Below are positions 9,892 to 18,770 of a stretch of 32,847 nt of DNA, piece by piece. Every line of letters begins with the position of its first letter. The first letter of the stretch is position 1. The notes beneath the pieces were generated by a model. The model had not been told where the DNA came from. It saw only the letters and a program-made list of their open reading frames with translations, and did no database searches. The position numbers and the translations under genes are program-made. Origin of the DNA: Desulfobacterales bacterium (GTDB lineage: Bacteria > Desulfobacterota > Desulfobacteria > Desulfobacterales > SURF-7). Location: positions 1 to 32,847 of the forward strand of contig JAQYVL010000047.1 in NCBI GenBank assembly GCA_030145525.1, written 5' to 3'.

Positions 9892-11147
9892 AACTGATTC
9901 ATACGTCAGACTGGCATTTGGGCCAAAATTTCATGTTCAAAGACAGAAAAAAAGAGCATGAAAAATTTCTTGAATGGCTGGTGCTGCTGATAAAAAAAGA
10001 ATCTGCGGATGTTCTGCTTGTTGCGGGAGATATCTTTGACACAATTTCTCCGCCAAACTACGCATTAAAGATGTATTACAGCTTTTTAGCCCGTGTCTCC
10101 TCAACAACTTCATGCCATACCGTCATTGTAGGCGGAAATCATGATTCTGTGTCAACCCTGAATGCTCCAAAAAATATTCTTGAAGCGCTGAATGTTCATG
10201 TAACAGGAGGCATTTCCGTTGATATTAACGATGAAATCATCGTTATTAGAAATTCTTTGGGAGAGCCCTCAGGAATAATCTGTGCCGTGCCGTTTTTAAG
10301 AGATCGGGATATTCGGAAATCTGTTCCGGGCGAAAGCTACCAGGGAAAAAGCCGGGCTCTTTTGGAAGGGATCAAGAAACATTATTCGCTGGTGAAAGAT
10401 GCAGCCATAAAAAAGAAAGCCGACCTGACCGAAAAAAAGATTCCTGTGGTTGCAACAGGCCATCTCTTCGCGGAGGGAGGTGACGTAAAGGATGAAGAAG
10501 GTCTTCGTGAAATCCATGTGGGCTCCCTGGGGAAGGTCACTGCCGACACATTTCCAAAAGAATTTGATTACCTTGCCTTGGGCCATCTTCACCGGCCGCA
10601 AAAGGTTGGAAAATACCGAAACATAAGATACTCGGGCGCCCCCATACCCTTGAGTTTCAGCGAAGCCGATAATACAAAACAGGTTGTTTGCATAACCTTT
10701 GACCAAGGAAAAAAAGAGCCCGAAATAAAAACCATTGAGATACCTGAGTTTCAGAAACTGCGGACCGCAAAAGGCAGTCTTGACCAGGTCATTACACAGC
10801 TCAAAACTCTCCGTAAAAAAAATGTCGATGACCCAATCTGGGTTGAAGTTTCTGTTTTGGAGAAGAACTGGAAGCCCGATATTGAAAAAGCCGTAAACGA
10901 TCTGGCGAATGAGCAGAAGCTTGATATTCTGGCTATCAAAAACCTCAAAACCTCCCGGGACAGAAGATTACAAAAAACAGCTCCATCTGAAACGCTTGAC
11001 AATTTTACACCGGAGTCGGTCTTTCAAAAAAGACTGGAAAAAGAGATAGAGATCGAAGAAGATCTAAAAATTGGTCTGATGCATGCATTTCATGAAATCC
11101 TAAATGCTGTAAACGAAAGTGTTGAGGATTTTCATGAGAGTTCTTAA
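9888..11147 (+). CDS. sbcD: Exonuclease SbcCD subunit D
   Basis: HTSDWHLG, AGDIFD, GNHDS, ATGHLF, ALGHLH and YSGAPIPLSFSE motifs; ATGA overlap with the upstream gene. Confidence 0.96.
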   Translation: MKLIHTSDWHLGQNFMFKDRKKEHEKFLEWLVLLIKKESADVLLVAGDIFDTISPPNYALKMYYSFLARVSSTTSCHTVIVGGNHDSVSTLNAPKNILEALNVHVTGGISVDINDEIIVIRNSLGEPSGIICAVPFLRDRDIRKSVPGESYQGKSRALLEGIKKHYSLVKDAAIKKKADLTEKKIPVVATGHLFAEGGDVKDEEGLREIHVGSLGKVTADTFPKEFDYLALGHLHRPQKVGKYRNIRYSGAPIPLSFSEADNTKQVVCITFDQGKKEPEIKTIEIPEFQKLRTAKGSLDQVITQLKTLRKKNVDDPIWVEVSVLEKNWKPDIEKAVNDLANEQKLDILAIKNLKTSRDRRLQKTAPSETLDNFTPESVFQKRLEKEIEIEEDLKIGLMHAFHEILNAVNESVEDFHESS

Positions 11148-14100
11148 GCTGAATCTTTTGAACATTAATTCTCTAAAGGGTGAATTTAATATAAATTTTG
11201 AGGAGTCACCGCTGGGTGACTCCGGCCTCTTTGTCATCACCGGCCCCACCGGAGCGGGAAAGACAAGCATCCTTGATGCGATATGTGTTGCGCTTTACGG
11301 AAAAACCCCTCGACTTCCCAATAAAAAAGAGCTCGAACAGCTTATGACTCATCATACGGGTGAGTGCAAAGCGGAAGTTACGTTTTCTATAAGCGGAAAA
11401 AAATATCGCTCCTGGTATGCGAGATACAGGGCAAGAAATAAACCCGATGGAAAATTTCAGTCGCCAAAAATGGAGCTTGTGGAGGAAGATACCGGAAAAA
11501 TCATTGCAGATAAAATTTCACAGGTTCCGGTAAAGGTGGAAGAGCTTACCGGTTTGGATTATGAGCGCTTTTCAAGATCAATTATGCTTGCCCAGGGAAA
11601 TTTTACTGCATTTTTACAGGCTGCTGAAGATGACCGGGCGGTTCTTCTTGAAAAAATGACCGGAACGGAAATTTATACGTATATTTCAAAAACCGCTTTC
11701 AACAAAGACAAAATCGAAAAACAAAAGCTCATAAAACTGGATGCCATCCTCGAAAGTTTCAGCCTTTTGCCCGCAGAGGCTGTTCAAGAAAAAAAAGAAA
11801 AACTATTCGAAATCAGGTCCCAAATTACAGAAACCGAAAAAAACCTCGCACAGCTCTTTGAAGAAAAAAAAATTCTGGAAGACGTTCGCAGACTGGAAAC
11901 CGCCGTCACTGAATCCCGGGAAAAGCTGCTCCGGATATCCGAAGAGGAAGAAAGAGCAAAGCCTGATTTTGAAAGGCTTGAACAACATCAGAAGGCTTTG
12001 CCTGTCAGGGAATCCCATATAATTCTTCAGGGGTTTCGCTCACAAATTGAAAGGATAAACAGCAGAATCACCGATTCAGAGAAGACGATTCCCTGCCTTG
12101 AGACGGAACTCGATAATTCAGAACAAAAGAGAAAAGAAAAATCAGATAAATTTGAAATCTTCAAAGCTGAAAAAGAAAAGCTTCAGACCTCAATTACCGA
12201 AACCGTCAGGCAGGACAGTCTGATCAAAAAAGAAGAAGATATTATAACCGAGCAGAAAAAAGAACTGCTCGAAATTGAAGGAAAAGCAGAGCACGTTAAA
12301 GGTCAAAAAAAGGACAAGAAGTCAGAAATAATCAAAACGGAAAAAGAGATCAGGAACTGCAGGAAATATCTTTCAGATCATGAGCCTGACAAATCTCTTG
12401 TAAAGGATTTACCGCTCCTTCAGGAGATCACCTCTGTCTTGAAAAACCTTTCCAAAAAGAAAATTGAAAAACAAAGCCGAATCGAAAACAGCAAAAAAAA
12501 GCGCATAACCGCCTTGAAAGACAACAAAAAAGAATGGGCTCTGCTTAAAAAAATAGAAGCCCGGCTTAAGAAAAAGAGCCGTGAAAAAGAAGAAATTGCC
12601 GGAAAACTGACCGCTTTGCTATCCGGAAAGGACCTGCCGTTTTTGGAGAACAAAGAGGAGCAACTCAAAAAAAATCAGCAGAATATAAAAAACCTTATGG
12701 AAAAGGGCGCTCAGATTGAAGATATGAAAAAAAAGCAAGATGCCCTTATCTCCGAAATAAAAAAAGCTGAGAAAAATCTTTCTAAAACAAATGGTCTTAT
12801 CAGAAGTCTTGAACGAGAAAAAAAGAATAAAGAAAAAGAGATTCTGCATCTTGAAAAAGCAAAAGAACTTGAAGATGCAATTAAAAGTCTGGAAGAAAGG
12901 AGAAAAGAGCTTGTAAAGGATGGTCCCTGCCCTCTTTGCGGATCGACAGAGCACCCCTGGGCAGATCATGCGCCGGCGTCTTCCAACACGGCAGACCGGC
13001 TCCATCTATTACGAAAAGAATTAAAAAGCATCAGAAAACAGATCCAAAAAGCTGAAAAAGATGCGACAAAGCTAATTACCCAGAATGAACAAAACGAAAA
13101 AATTTTAGCCGAACAAAAGGTGTGCCTGGAAAAATTTGATACCGAGTTTAAAGGCCTGCTCGAATTCACAGATCTTGACATCTCTCCTGATCAAATGGAA
13201 AGCCTGAGCAAAAAGCTTAAAACAATCACCAAAGAGATTGCCAAAACAACCGCCGATCTTCAAAATATCAAAAAGACAAAAGATCTTCTTGCAAAGCTTA
13301 ATGAGAACATCCTTATTGAAACCCGAAGCCTTTCGGATGCTGTCGTAAAATGTGAAAAGGCGGAAAACCAGCAAAAATCCATTGAAGAAGAAGCCGCTCG
13401 CATGGAAAAAGAGCTTGAAGAAGAGGACCGCAATTATCAAAAATCGCTGTTGGGTCTGAATACGATTCTAAACCCTTATAAGGAGCAGATTACGGATGCG
13501 GATGCCGGCGGCAAACTGGTTAACCGCCTATCCATCCGATCCGACTCCTTTCAGGAGCAAGTAAAAAACCTTGAAAAACTCAACGAGAAACTCAACCCCC
13601 TTAAAGAAGAACTGGCTGTTATCAAAACCGTCTTCGAGACATATGAAAAACAGATAGAAGATGAAAAAAAGAAGATCAAAGGTTTTCAAAATACCCTCAG
13701 CGGTATGATCGAAAAACGAAAAATACTTTTTGGCGATCAGAATCCTGTAAAAATTCAGGAACACCTCAAGAAAAAAACCATCTCTTTCGAAAACGATCTG
13801 AAAAACCTTCACTCCGAAATAACGGAAATAAAAAAGCAGCTTGCCGCAAAACAGGAGACGTTGAAACAGAATCAATCCGAGCTGAAAAAAATCGCACAGG
13901 AAACAGCCCTGGCATCCGAAACATTTATCACCCGACTTGCGAAAACCGGTTTCCCCGACGAAGAAAATTTTCTCAAAGCCTTCCTTCAGGAAAAAGAGGT
14001 GGAGAAGCTTCAAAACCTGAAGAAAGACATAGAAAAAAGAAAAACTGAAAATCATTCGCTGCAAAAAGACAGCCGGGACAAACTGAACGAAATTCTAAAA

Positions 14101-14787
14101 AATCCAATCACCCGAAATAGTATGGGATCGATACTTGAAAAGATAAACACATCGGAAAAACAAAAATCTGAGTTAAACAGTGAGAAAGGAGCGGTCCGAT
14201 CCCTTTTGGAAGAGAATGAAAAACGAGTGGAGGGCCATCGACAAAAATTGGATGAAGCAAACCGTCAAAAAAAAGAGTGTCTGAGATGGAATACTTTGAA
14301 CGAACTGATCGGATCGGCAGATGGTGCTAAATTCAGAAAATTTGCCCAGGGGCTTACCCTTGAAACCCTGATCGAAAAAGCCAATATTTATCTTGATATG
14401 CTGAACCGGCGTTATCTGCTGAAACGAAGCGAATCTTCCGATCTGGCAATTGAGGTGATTGACACGTTTTATGGCGACCAGGTTCGCCCTACAGACAACC
14501 TGTCAGGCGGTGAAAGCTTTCTTGTCAGCCTCGCCCTTGCTCTTGGGCTTTCTGATTTAAGCAGCCAAAGAACCGCTGTAGAATCCCTGTTTCTCGATGA
14601 GGGATTCGGCACACTTGATTCCGAAACGCTTGAAACTGCTCTCTCCGCTCTGGACACCCTGAACGCCACCGGCAAAACCATCGGTGTCATTTCTCATGTG
14701 GAAGCACTGAAAGAGAGAATCTCCTCAAAAATTGAGGTCAGGCCTTTATCCGGCGGTATCAGCACCCTAGAAGTGACAGCCTTCTGA
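11134..14787 (+). CDS. sbcC: Exonuclease SbcCD subunit C (SMC-like ATPase)
   Basis: NINSLKGE, Walker A GPTGAGKT, LAQGNF Q-loop, long coiled coil, CPLCG zinc hook, LSGGE, LFLDEGFG, ISH. ATG 11134 (MRVLKL) preferred over the track start 11119. Confidence 0.96.
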   Translation: MRVLKLNLLNINSLKGEFNINFEESPLGDSGLFVITGPTGAGKTSILDAICVALYGKTPRLPNKKELEQLMTHHTGECKAEVTFSISGKKYRSWYARYRARNKPDGKFQSPKMELVEEDTGKIIADKISQVPVKVEELTGLDYERFSRSIMLAQGNFTAFLQAAEDDRAVLLEKMTGTEIYTYISKTAFNKDKIEKQKLIKLDAILESFSLLPAEAVQEKKEKLFEIRSQITETEKNLAQLFEEKKILEDVRRLETAVTESREKLLRISEEEERAKPDFERLEQHQKALPVRESHIILQGFRSQIERINSRITDSEKTIPCLETELDNSEQKRKEKSDKFEIFKAEKEKLQTSITETVRQDSLIKKEEDIITEQKKELLEIEGKAEHVKGQKKDKKSEIIKTEKEIRNCRKYLSDHEPDKSLVKDLPLLQEITSVLKNLSKKKIEKQSRIENSKKKRITALKDNKKEWALLKKIEARLKKKSREKEEIAGKLTALLSGKDLPFLENKEEQLKKNQQNIKNLMEKGAQIEDMKKKQDALISEIKKAEKNLSKTNGLIRSLEREKKNKEKEILHLEKAKELEDAIKSLEERRKELVKDGPCPLCGSTEHPWADHAPASSNTADRLHLLRKELKSIRKQIQKAEKDATKLITQNEQNEKILAEQKVCLEKFDTEFKGLLEFTDLDISPDQMESLSKKLKTITKEIAKTTADLQNIKKTKDLLAKLNENILIETRSLSDAVVKCEKAENQQKSIEEEAARMEKELEEEDRNYQKSLLGLNTILNPYKEQITDADAGGKLVNRLSIRSDSFQEQVKNLEKLNEKLNPLKEELAVIKTVFETYEKQIEDEKKKIKGFQNTLSGMIEKRKILFGDQNPVKIQEHLKKKTISFENDLKNLHSEITEIKKQLAAKQETLKQNQSELKKIAQETALASETFITRLAKTGFPDEENFLKAFLQEKEVEKLQNLKKDIEKRKTENHSLQKDSRDKLNEILKNPITRNSMGSILEKINTSEKQKSELNSEKGAVRSLLEENEKRVEGHRQKLDEANRQKKECLRWNTLNELIGSADGAKFRKFAQGLTLETLIEKANIYLDMLNRRYLLKRSESSDLAIEVIDTFYGDQVRPTDNLSGGESFLVSLALALGLSDLSSQRTAVESLFLDEGFGTLDSETLETALSALDTLNATGKTIGVISHVEALKERISSKIEVRPLSGGISTLEVTAF

Positions 14788-14842
14788 TTCAAGCAAAAAT
14801 GAGCAATCCGGTATAAAATGAAAAGGGGTGTTGCTATGAAAA

Positions 14843-14877
14843 AAAAGCAGGCGCTTCAGAATGAAACGCCTGCTTTT
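14843..14877. terminator. Bidirectional intrinsic terminator between convergent sbcC and the aminotransferase gene
   Basis: AAAAGCAGGCG...CGCCTGCTTTT inverted repeat with an A-tract on the left and a T-tract on the right. Confidence 0.85.
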
Positions 14878-14892
14878 CTGTAGTTTCCCGAC

Positions 14893-16377
14893 TTAATCTG
14901 CAATAATAATATCCGGATTTTTTCTTCCCGGTTCGCTGGGATATTTTTTAATGGTCTCCTGCAGCGCCTCTACAACTCTTTGAATTTTCGAATCAGACAG
15001 GCCGTGTTTAATTCGAATCACCTCCACAGGCTGGTTGTCTTTTCCGATGAGGTTCTGATTCCGAGCCGGAACGACATATATCCCGTATTCCTCCCCCAGC
15101 TTATCCGAACCTTCATGGGTGATGTTTACCATGTCGAACATTCCGAATCTCTTCTTCATCCAGTTCCAGGACAGCGCTTCCGATAATTTTTTCCTGGAAT
15201 TATTTACAATCTCCACAAATATCCGGTTATCCTTTTTATGCGCCTCCTTAAGGGACGGGTCGCGGGCGATTTCAGTCAGATGCATCCATGTGTCCGGCAT
15301 GGCAAGGAAGGTATTTCTGTTCTCGGTTATAAAATGGCTGAAAATTTCAGCACGCTGTTCTCCGGAACCGAGGTACAAATGGTGAAACGCCAGCCTGGAA
15401 GCATACTTGTCTTTTTTGCCCCGTGAGCTTTGAACACCATGCGGAGCACCAGCCTTCTGAAGGATCCTGTAAACCTCCCATTCTGAATCAAAGTCCGGGT
15501 CAAAATTGGGATACGCAATATCATATTCACTGTAAATGCGTTTATCGATCAAAACCTGTGCAATGTTTTCGTTATCCTCTCTTGTTCTTCGAGTCCCGAT
15601 AAAATTGTTCCCCGTACTCATGTCAAACAGAAACAACGTTGTCTGCGGATCAAACATTTCAGAAGCTTTCTGAAAGGATTTAAAATCAAAATCTCCGTTT
15701 TCATCCATATACCGGTATCGTTTTATGGAAAAATCCTTAAAAGTGGCCGGGTAAGCGCCGTAGGAATTTGTCCCCATTACAACCGTTTCAATCTGAGGAA
15801 GGTCTACTGACCTGCGAACGGAATTCAGTAACGGAAGCGTCAGATGTCTATACCCGCTGGCCATTCCAACGGTCTGGTATGAAATGGTTTTTTTCGCATC
15901 ATACTTCCCTTTGCCGTATATGTCTTCTCCGTCAAAAGCAATGGCCTCCTGAAGCGCGGGTGCCGCCGGCGTGCCGTAAGCACAGGGATTTTCCTTGATA
16001 TCATCACCAAACTGCTGCTTTCCGAAACGCTCGAGAGCCCGCTGGTGTGCAACAAACACAGCCGGTGAATGGTAAATTTTCCCTTCACTGTTCTTGAACA
16101 GATCGCATTGCTCCCGGCTGCATCCCGCTTTTTCAGCTTCTTCAACAGAATCATACCAGGCGTTATTTGCCCTGACATATACCCTTATTCGATCTTCATC
16201 ATTAAATACCATTCCCTGGGCCAGTGATACCTTATCAGGCCTCGTGTCTTTGTTATAGAGAGCCTGCCTTGCCGCAATCGGATTCTGAGGCTGTTTCTGA
16301 ACTGTTCTCCCTTTGTTTTTCCAGAAACTCTCTGAAAACCGTTGACCGTCCTTTTTCATGATCTCAATGTTAATCAT
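14893..16377 (-). CDS. Divergent fold-type I PLP aminotransferase (AspC/TyrB family)
   Basis: By-eye alignment to AspC: PQNPI..DTRPDKVSLAQG, QTVG, NNFIG, DIAYPNF, SSRGK (PLP Lys), YASR, GMF, IRI. Start could be 16389, 16377 or 16359. Confidence 0.8.
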   Translation of the reverse strand: MINIEIMKKDGQRFSESFWKNKGRTVQKQPQNPIAARQALYNKDTRPDKVSLAQGMVFNDEDRIRVYVRANNAWYDSVEEAEKAGCSREQCDLFKNSEGKIYHSPAVFVAHQRALERFGKQQFGDDIKENPCAYGTPAAPALQEAIAFDGEDIYGKGKYDAKKTISYQTVGMASGYRHLTLPLLNSVRRSVDLPQIETVVMGTNSYGAYPATFKDFSIKRYRYMDENGDFDFKSFQKASEMFDPQTTLFLFDMSTGNNFIGTRRTREDNENIAQVLIDKRIYSEYDIAYPNFDPDFDSEWEVYRILQKAGAPHGVQSSRGKKDKYASRLAFHHLYLGSGEQRAEIFSHFITENRNTFLAMPDTWMHLTEIARDPSLKEAHKKDNRIFVEIVNNSRKKLSEALSWNWMKKRFGMFDMVNITHEGSDKLGEEYGIYVVPARNQNLIGKDNQPVEVIRIKHGLSDSKIQRVVEALQETIKKYPSEPGRKNPDIIIAD

Positions 16378-16451
16378 TTTAAATTCCAAAAGCTTAGTGT
16401 TATGGGGTTTGCGTCCTGCGTCCTTAGTAAATTTTGCAGGGGATTAGATTT

Positions 16452-16634
16452 GATGAACTCGTAAAAAGTCGCAAAACAGACAGCAAAGTAAAAAGTTCAA
16501 GTTCGAGGCGCACAAATCTTGTATAATACCGTGCACAACAGTGCAGCGGTAGCCGAAGGCGTGCATAGTTAGCCTATTACGCAATTATACAAGATGAAGC
16601 GCAACAAAGAAATTGGACTTTTTACGAAGCTGTC
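16452..16634. mobile_element. MITE-like palindromic element, copy 1 (183 bp)
   Basis: Ends GATGAACTCGTAAAAAGTC and GACTTTTTACGAAGCTGTC; flanked by direct repeat AGATTT (16446-16451 and 16635-16640); colinear with copy 2. Confidence 0.85.
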
Positions 16635-16904
16635 AGATTTACTGCGCTGAAATATTGCCCATCATCTATTATTCAAAAAAAGCCGGATGTCAATAATCTG
16701 TGCCGGCAAGGCCTGTCTTTCAGGATTTGCATTCCAAAAAGTGTCCCTCCATTAATGGATGGGCACTAAAAAGGCTTCTCCGACGAAGTACCTCAATGCT
16801 TTTTCTTATAACATATTTATTTTCTTGACACAATCGCTAAAAAAACGTATTTGATAGGACGTTTTTCAGGGAAAAAAACAATTTACAAAGGAGAACATAC
16901 CGCT

Positions 16905-17186
16905 ATGGCAATTACAAAGGCTGATATCATAAATTCTATACAGGATCAGATCGGATTCCCCAAAAATCAATCATCCGAAATCGTTGAAACCCTGTTAGAG
17001 CTCATAAAGAAAGACCTTGAATCCGGAAACGATGTTCTAATATCAGGATTTGGAAAATTCTGTGTCAGGGAAAAAAAGGAAAGAAAAGGCCGCAATCCTT
17101 CAACCGGGGAAGATATGATGCTTGCACCGCGAAAGGTTGTTACCTTTCGATGCTCAAGTATTTTGTGTAATAGAGTAAACGAATAA
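16905..17186 (+). CDS. ihfA: Integration host factor subunit alpha
   Basis: MAITKADI, ISGFGKF, ERKGRNPSTGE, RKVVTFR; RBS AAGGAG before ATG 16905. Confidence 0.9.
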   Translation: MAITKADIINSIQDQIGFPKNQSSEIVETLLELIKKDLESGNDVLISGFGKFCVREKKERKGRNPSTGEDMMLAPRKVVTFRCSSILCNRVNE

Positions 17187-17203
17187 ACATAGATGAAACA
17201 AAA

Positions 17204-17232
17204 AAAGCCTCCTCCATATATGGGGAGGCTTT
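17204..17232. terminator. Hairpin, probable terminator after ihfA
   Basis: AAAGCCTCC-TCCATATATGG-GGAGGCTTT; the U-tract is longer on the minus strand. Confidence 0.6.
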
Positions 17233-17270
17233 CAAAATTTTCGGAACATACACGAAAACAAGGAGGAGAT

Positions 17271-17408
17271 GTGTCCAAACAACATCCTGAATGTCCCCTG
17301 TATGCTCACACCAACTGTAAGGAGCTGGATAATCAGAAGGTTTGCGCGATTGTGCGGAAAGATAAAACCTGCCTGAAAAAAAAGAACAAAAGCAAACGGC
17401 AAAAGTGA
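17271..17408 (+). CDS. Small (45 aa) basic four-cysteine hypothetical protein
   Basis: Strong RBS AGGAGG 17261-17266 then GTG; MSKQHPECPLYAHTNCKELDNQKVCAIVRKDKTCLKKKNKSKRQK. Confidence 0.55.
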   Translation: MSKQHPECPLYAHTNCKELDNQKVCAIVRKDKTCLKKKNKSKRQK

Positions 17409-17461
17409 TCCGCCGTTCAAAAAGCAACACCTTCTGCTCTGAAACAGAATATTCGAATTCC

Positions 17462-17860
17462 CTATACGCTCTGCAAAATCTTTTTTACAATATTCCCGTC
17501 TGCTGAAGATCCGAAGTGACTCATGATGGGCCTCATGGCCTGCATTCTGTTGTTGAACTGTGTAAAATTGACATTCTGCTGAATCCATACCCGGATTTCA
17601 TCTTCTGATGCCATGCTAGGCAGATATTTTTCAAGGGTTGTGATGAATCCTGAATCGGCTGTTTCTCCTTTTGCGTCAAGCATCTCTTTCTCAGCCTTAA
17701 TCAGCTTTTTAAGAACACTGATAACATCATCATCAGCCAGTTCCTTTTTATCAAGCCTTCCGAACTCCCCCATTACAACTCGAATAGCCGACTTCTTTTC
17801 CTCATCCCTCTCCTTCATCGCAGAGATCAAATCTTTTTTAATCAGCTCCTGAAGTCTCAT
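17462..17860 (-). CDS. GatB/YqeY domain protein
   Basis: MRLQELIKKDLISAMKERD, LEKYLP...SEDEI, M..IM..FGSSADG motifs; RBS GGAGGT. Confidence 0.92.
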   Translation of the reverse strand: MRLQELIKKDLISAMKERDEEKKSAIRVVMGEFGRLDKKELADDDVISVLKKLIKAEKEMLDAKGETADSGFITTLEKYLPSMASEDEIRVWIQQNVNFTQFNNRMQAMRPIMSHFGSSADGNIVKKILQSV

Positions 17861-17940
17861 GGCGACACCTCCATGCTCCTCTTTGTTTGTACTCGCATAC
17901 TATATATTATATGGTGATTCTCAGAATCACCTTCTGGGCA

Positions 17941-18399
17941 CTATTGTTTCTCTAAGCTATCACCCGCTTCCATCTGGTCCTGGAAAAGTGTGGATTCAAA
18001 TCCGAACAGCTTCTCATACTCCTCTTTGCTGCCGGAGCCCATTCCTAAAAATCCGATTTTGACAAGTGCGAATGGATAGCTTGGGATATAGATGTTTGCA
18101 GCCCCATTAATCTCGGGATCATCGCTGTACTCTATCTCAATGGGAGGAAGAATTAAAGGAGCCACCGGGGTCGCTGCCGTATCCGCAACAATCAATACCG
18201 CATCTGTTACAAGTCCGAAAGGCAGTGCAAGCGGTTTTAAAGCCCAATGTGAATGTTTCGTAAATTCAATTGTCGCATACCGGTAGTAGCCAAGCGTGTA
18301 ATGCCTTACAGGGCCATGGGAGCAGCCGCACAAATATGCAGTTACTGCAAACAGAATCGCAATAACACTGTTCTTTGCTGCTTTTCCTGAAACACTCAT
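17941..18399 (-). CDS. Putative lipoprotein (152 aa); native RBS displaced by MITE insertion
   Basis: MSVSGKAAKNSVIAILFAVTAYLCGC signal peptide with a lipobox-like LCGC. The extra 12 residues in the track ORF lie inside the MITE. Confidence 0.7.
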   Translation of the reverse strand: MSVSGKAAKNSVIAILFAVTAYLCGCSHGPVRHYTLGYYRYATIEFTKHSHWALKPLALPFGLVTDAVLIVADTAATPVAPLILPPIEIEYSDDPEINGAANIYIPSYPFALVKIGFLGMGSGSKEEYEKLFGFESTLFQDQMEAGDSLEKQ

Positions 18400-18400
18400 T

Positions 18401-18551
18401 GTCAATCTCGTAAAAAGTAAAAATTCTGATGGCAAAGAAAAAAGTTCAAGTTCAAGGCGCGCAAATCCCGAGGAATGAGGCGTAGTTAGCCTACTCCGCA
18501 GTGACGAGGGATGAAGCGCAACACAGAAATTGGACTTTTTACGAAGCCATC
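18401..18551. mobile_element. MITE-like palindromic element, copy 2 (151 bp)
   Basis: Ends GTCAATCTCGTAAAAAGT and ACTTTTTACGAAGCCATC; flanked by direct repeat ACTCATT (18394-18400 and 18552-18558). Confidence 0.85.
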
Positions 18552-18770
18552 ACTCATTGGCCTGCCTCTTTCTATACATTTTCGTCCAATAGTAATATCA
18601 GGATGTAAAAAATGAAAGCCTTATTTTATCATGGAAAGTATAAGGTCGAAAATGGATCTCTGGCCGAAGGACATTTTAAAGCCACATCAAAAATGAAAAC
18701 ATGGTTACCATTCGAGGGAGAGATGGTAAGAATTCGGGGGGCACAGGAGCTTAAACTTTTTACAAAACCA

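Noticed and set aside
11700-14300. A-rich, repeat-looking DNA and many antisense ORFs
   Set aside because: Explained by the Lys/Glu-rich SbcC coiled coil; no tandem repeat or CRISPR periodicity.
16390-16451. MITE copy 1 truncating the aminotransferase N-terminus
   Set aside because: The in-frame TAA at 16444-16446 remains after removing the element, and AspC similarity is complete downstream of it.
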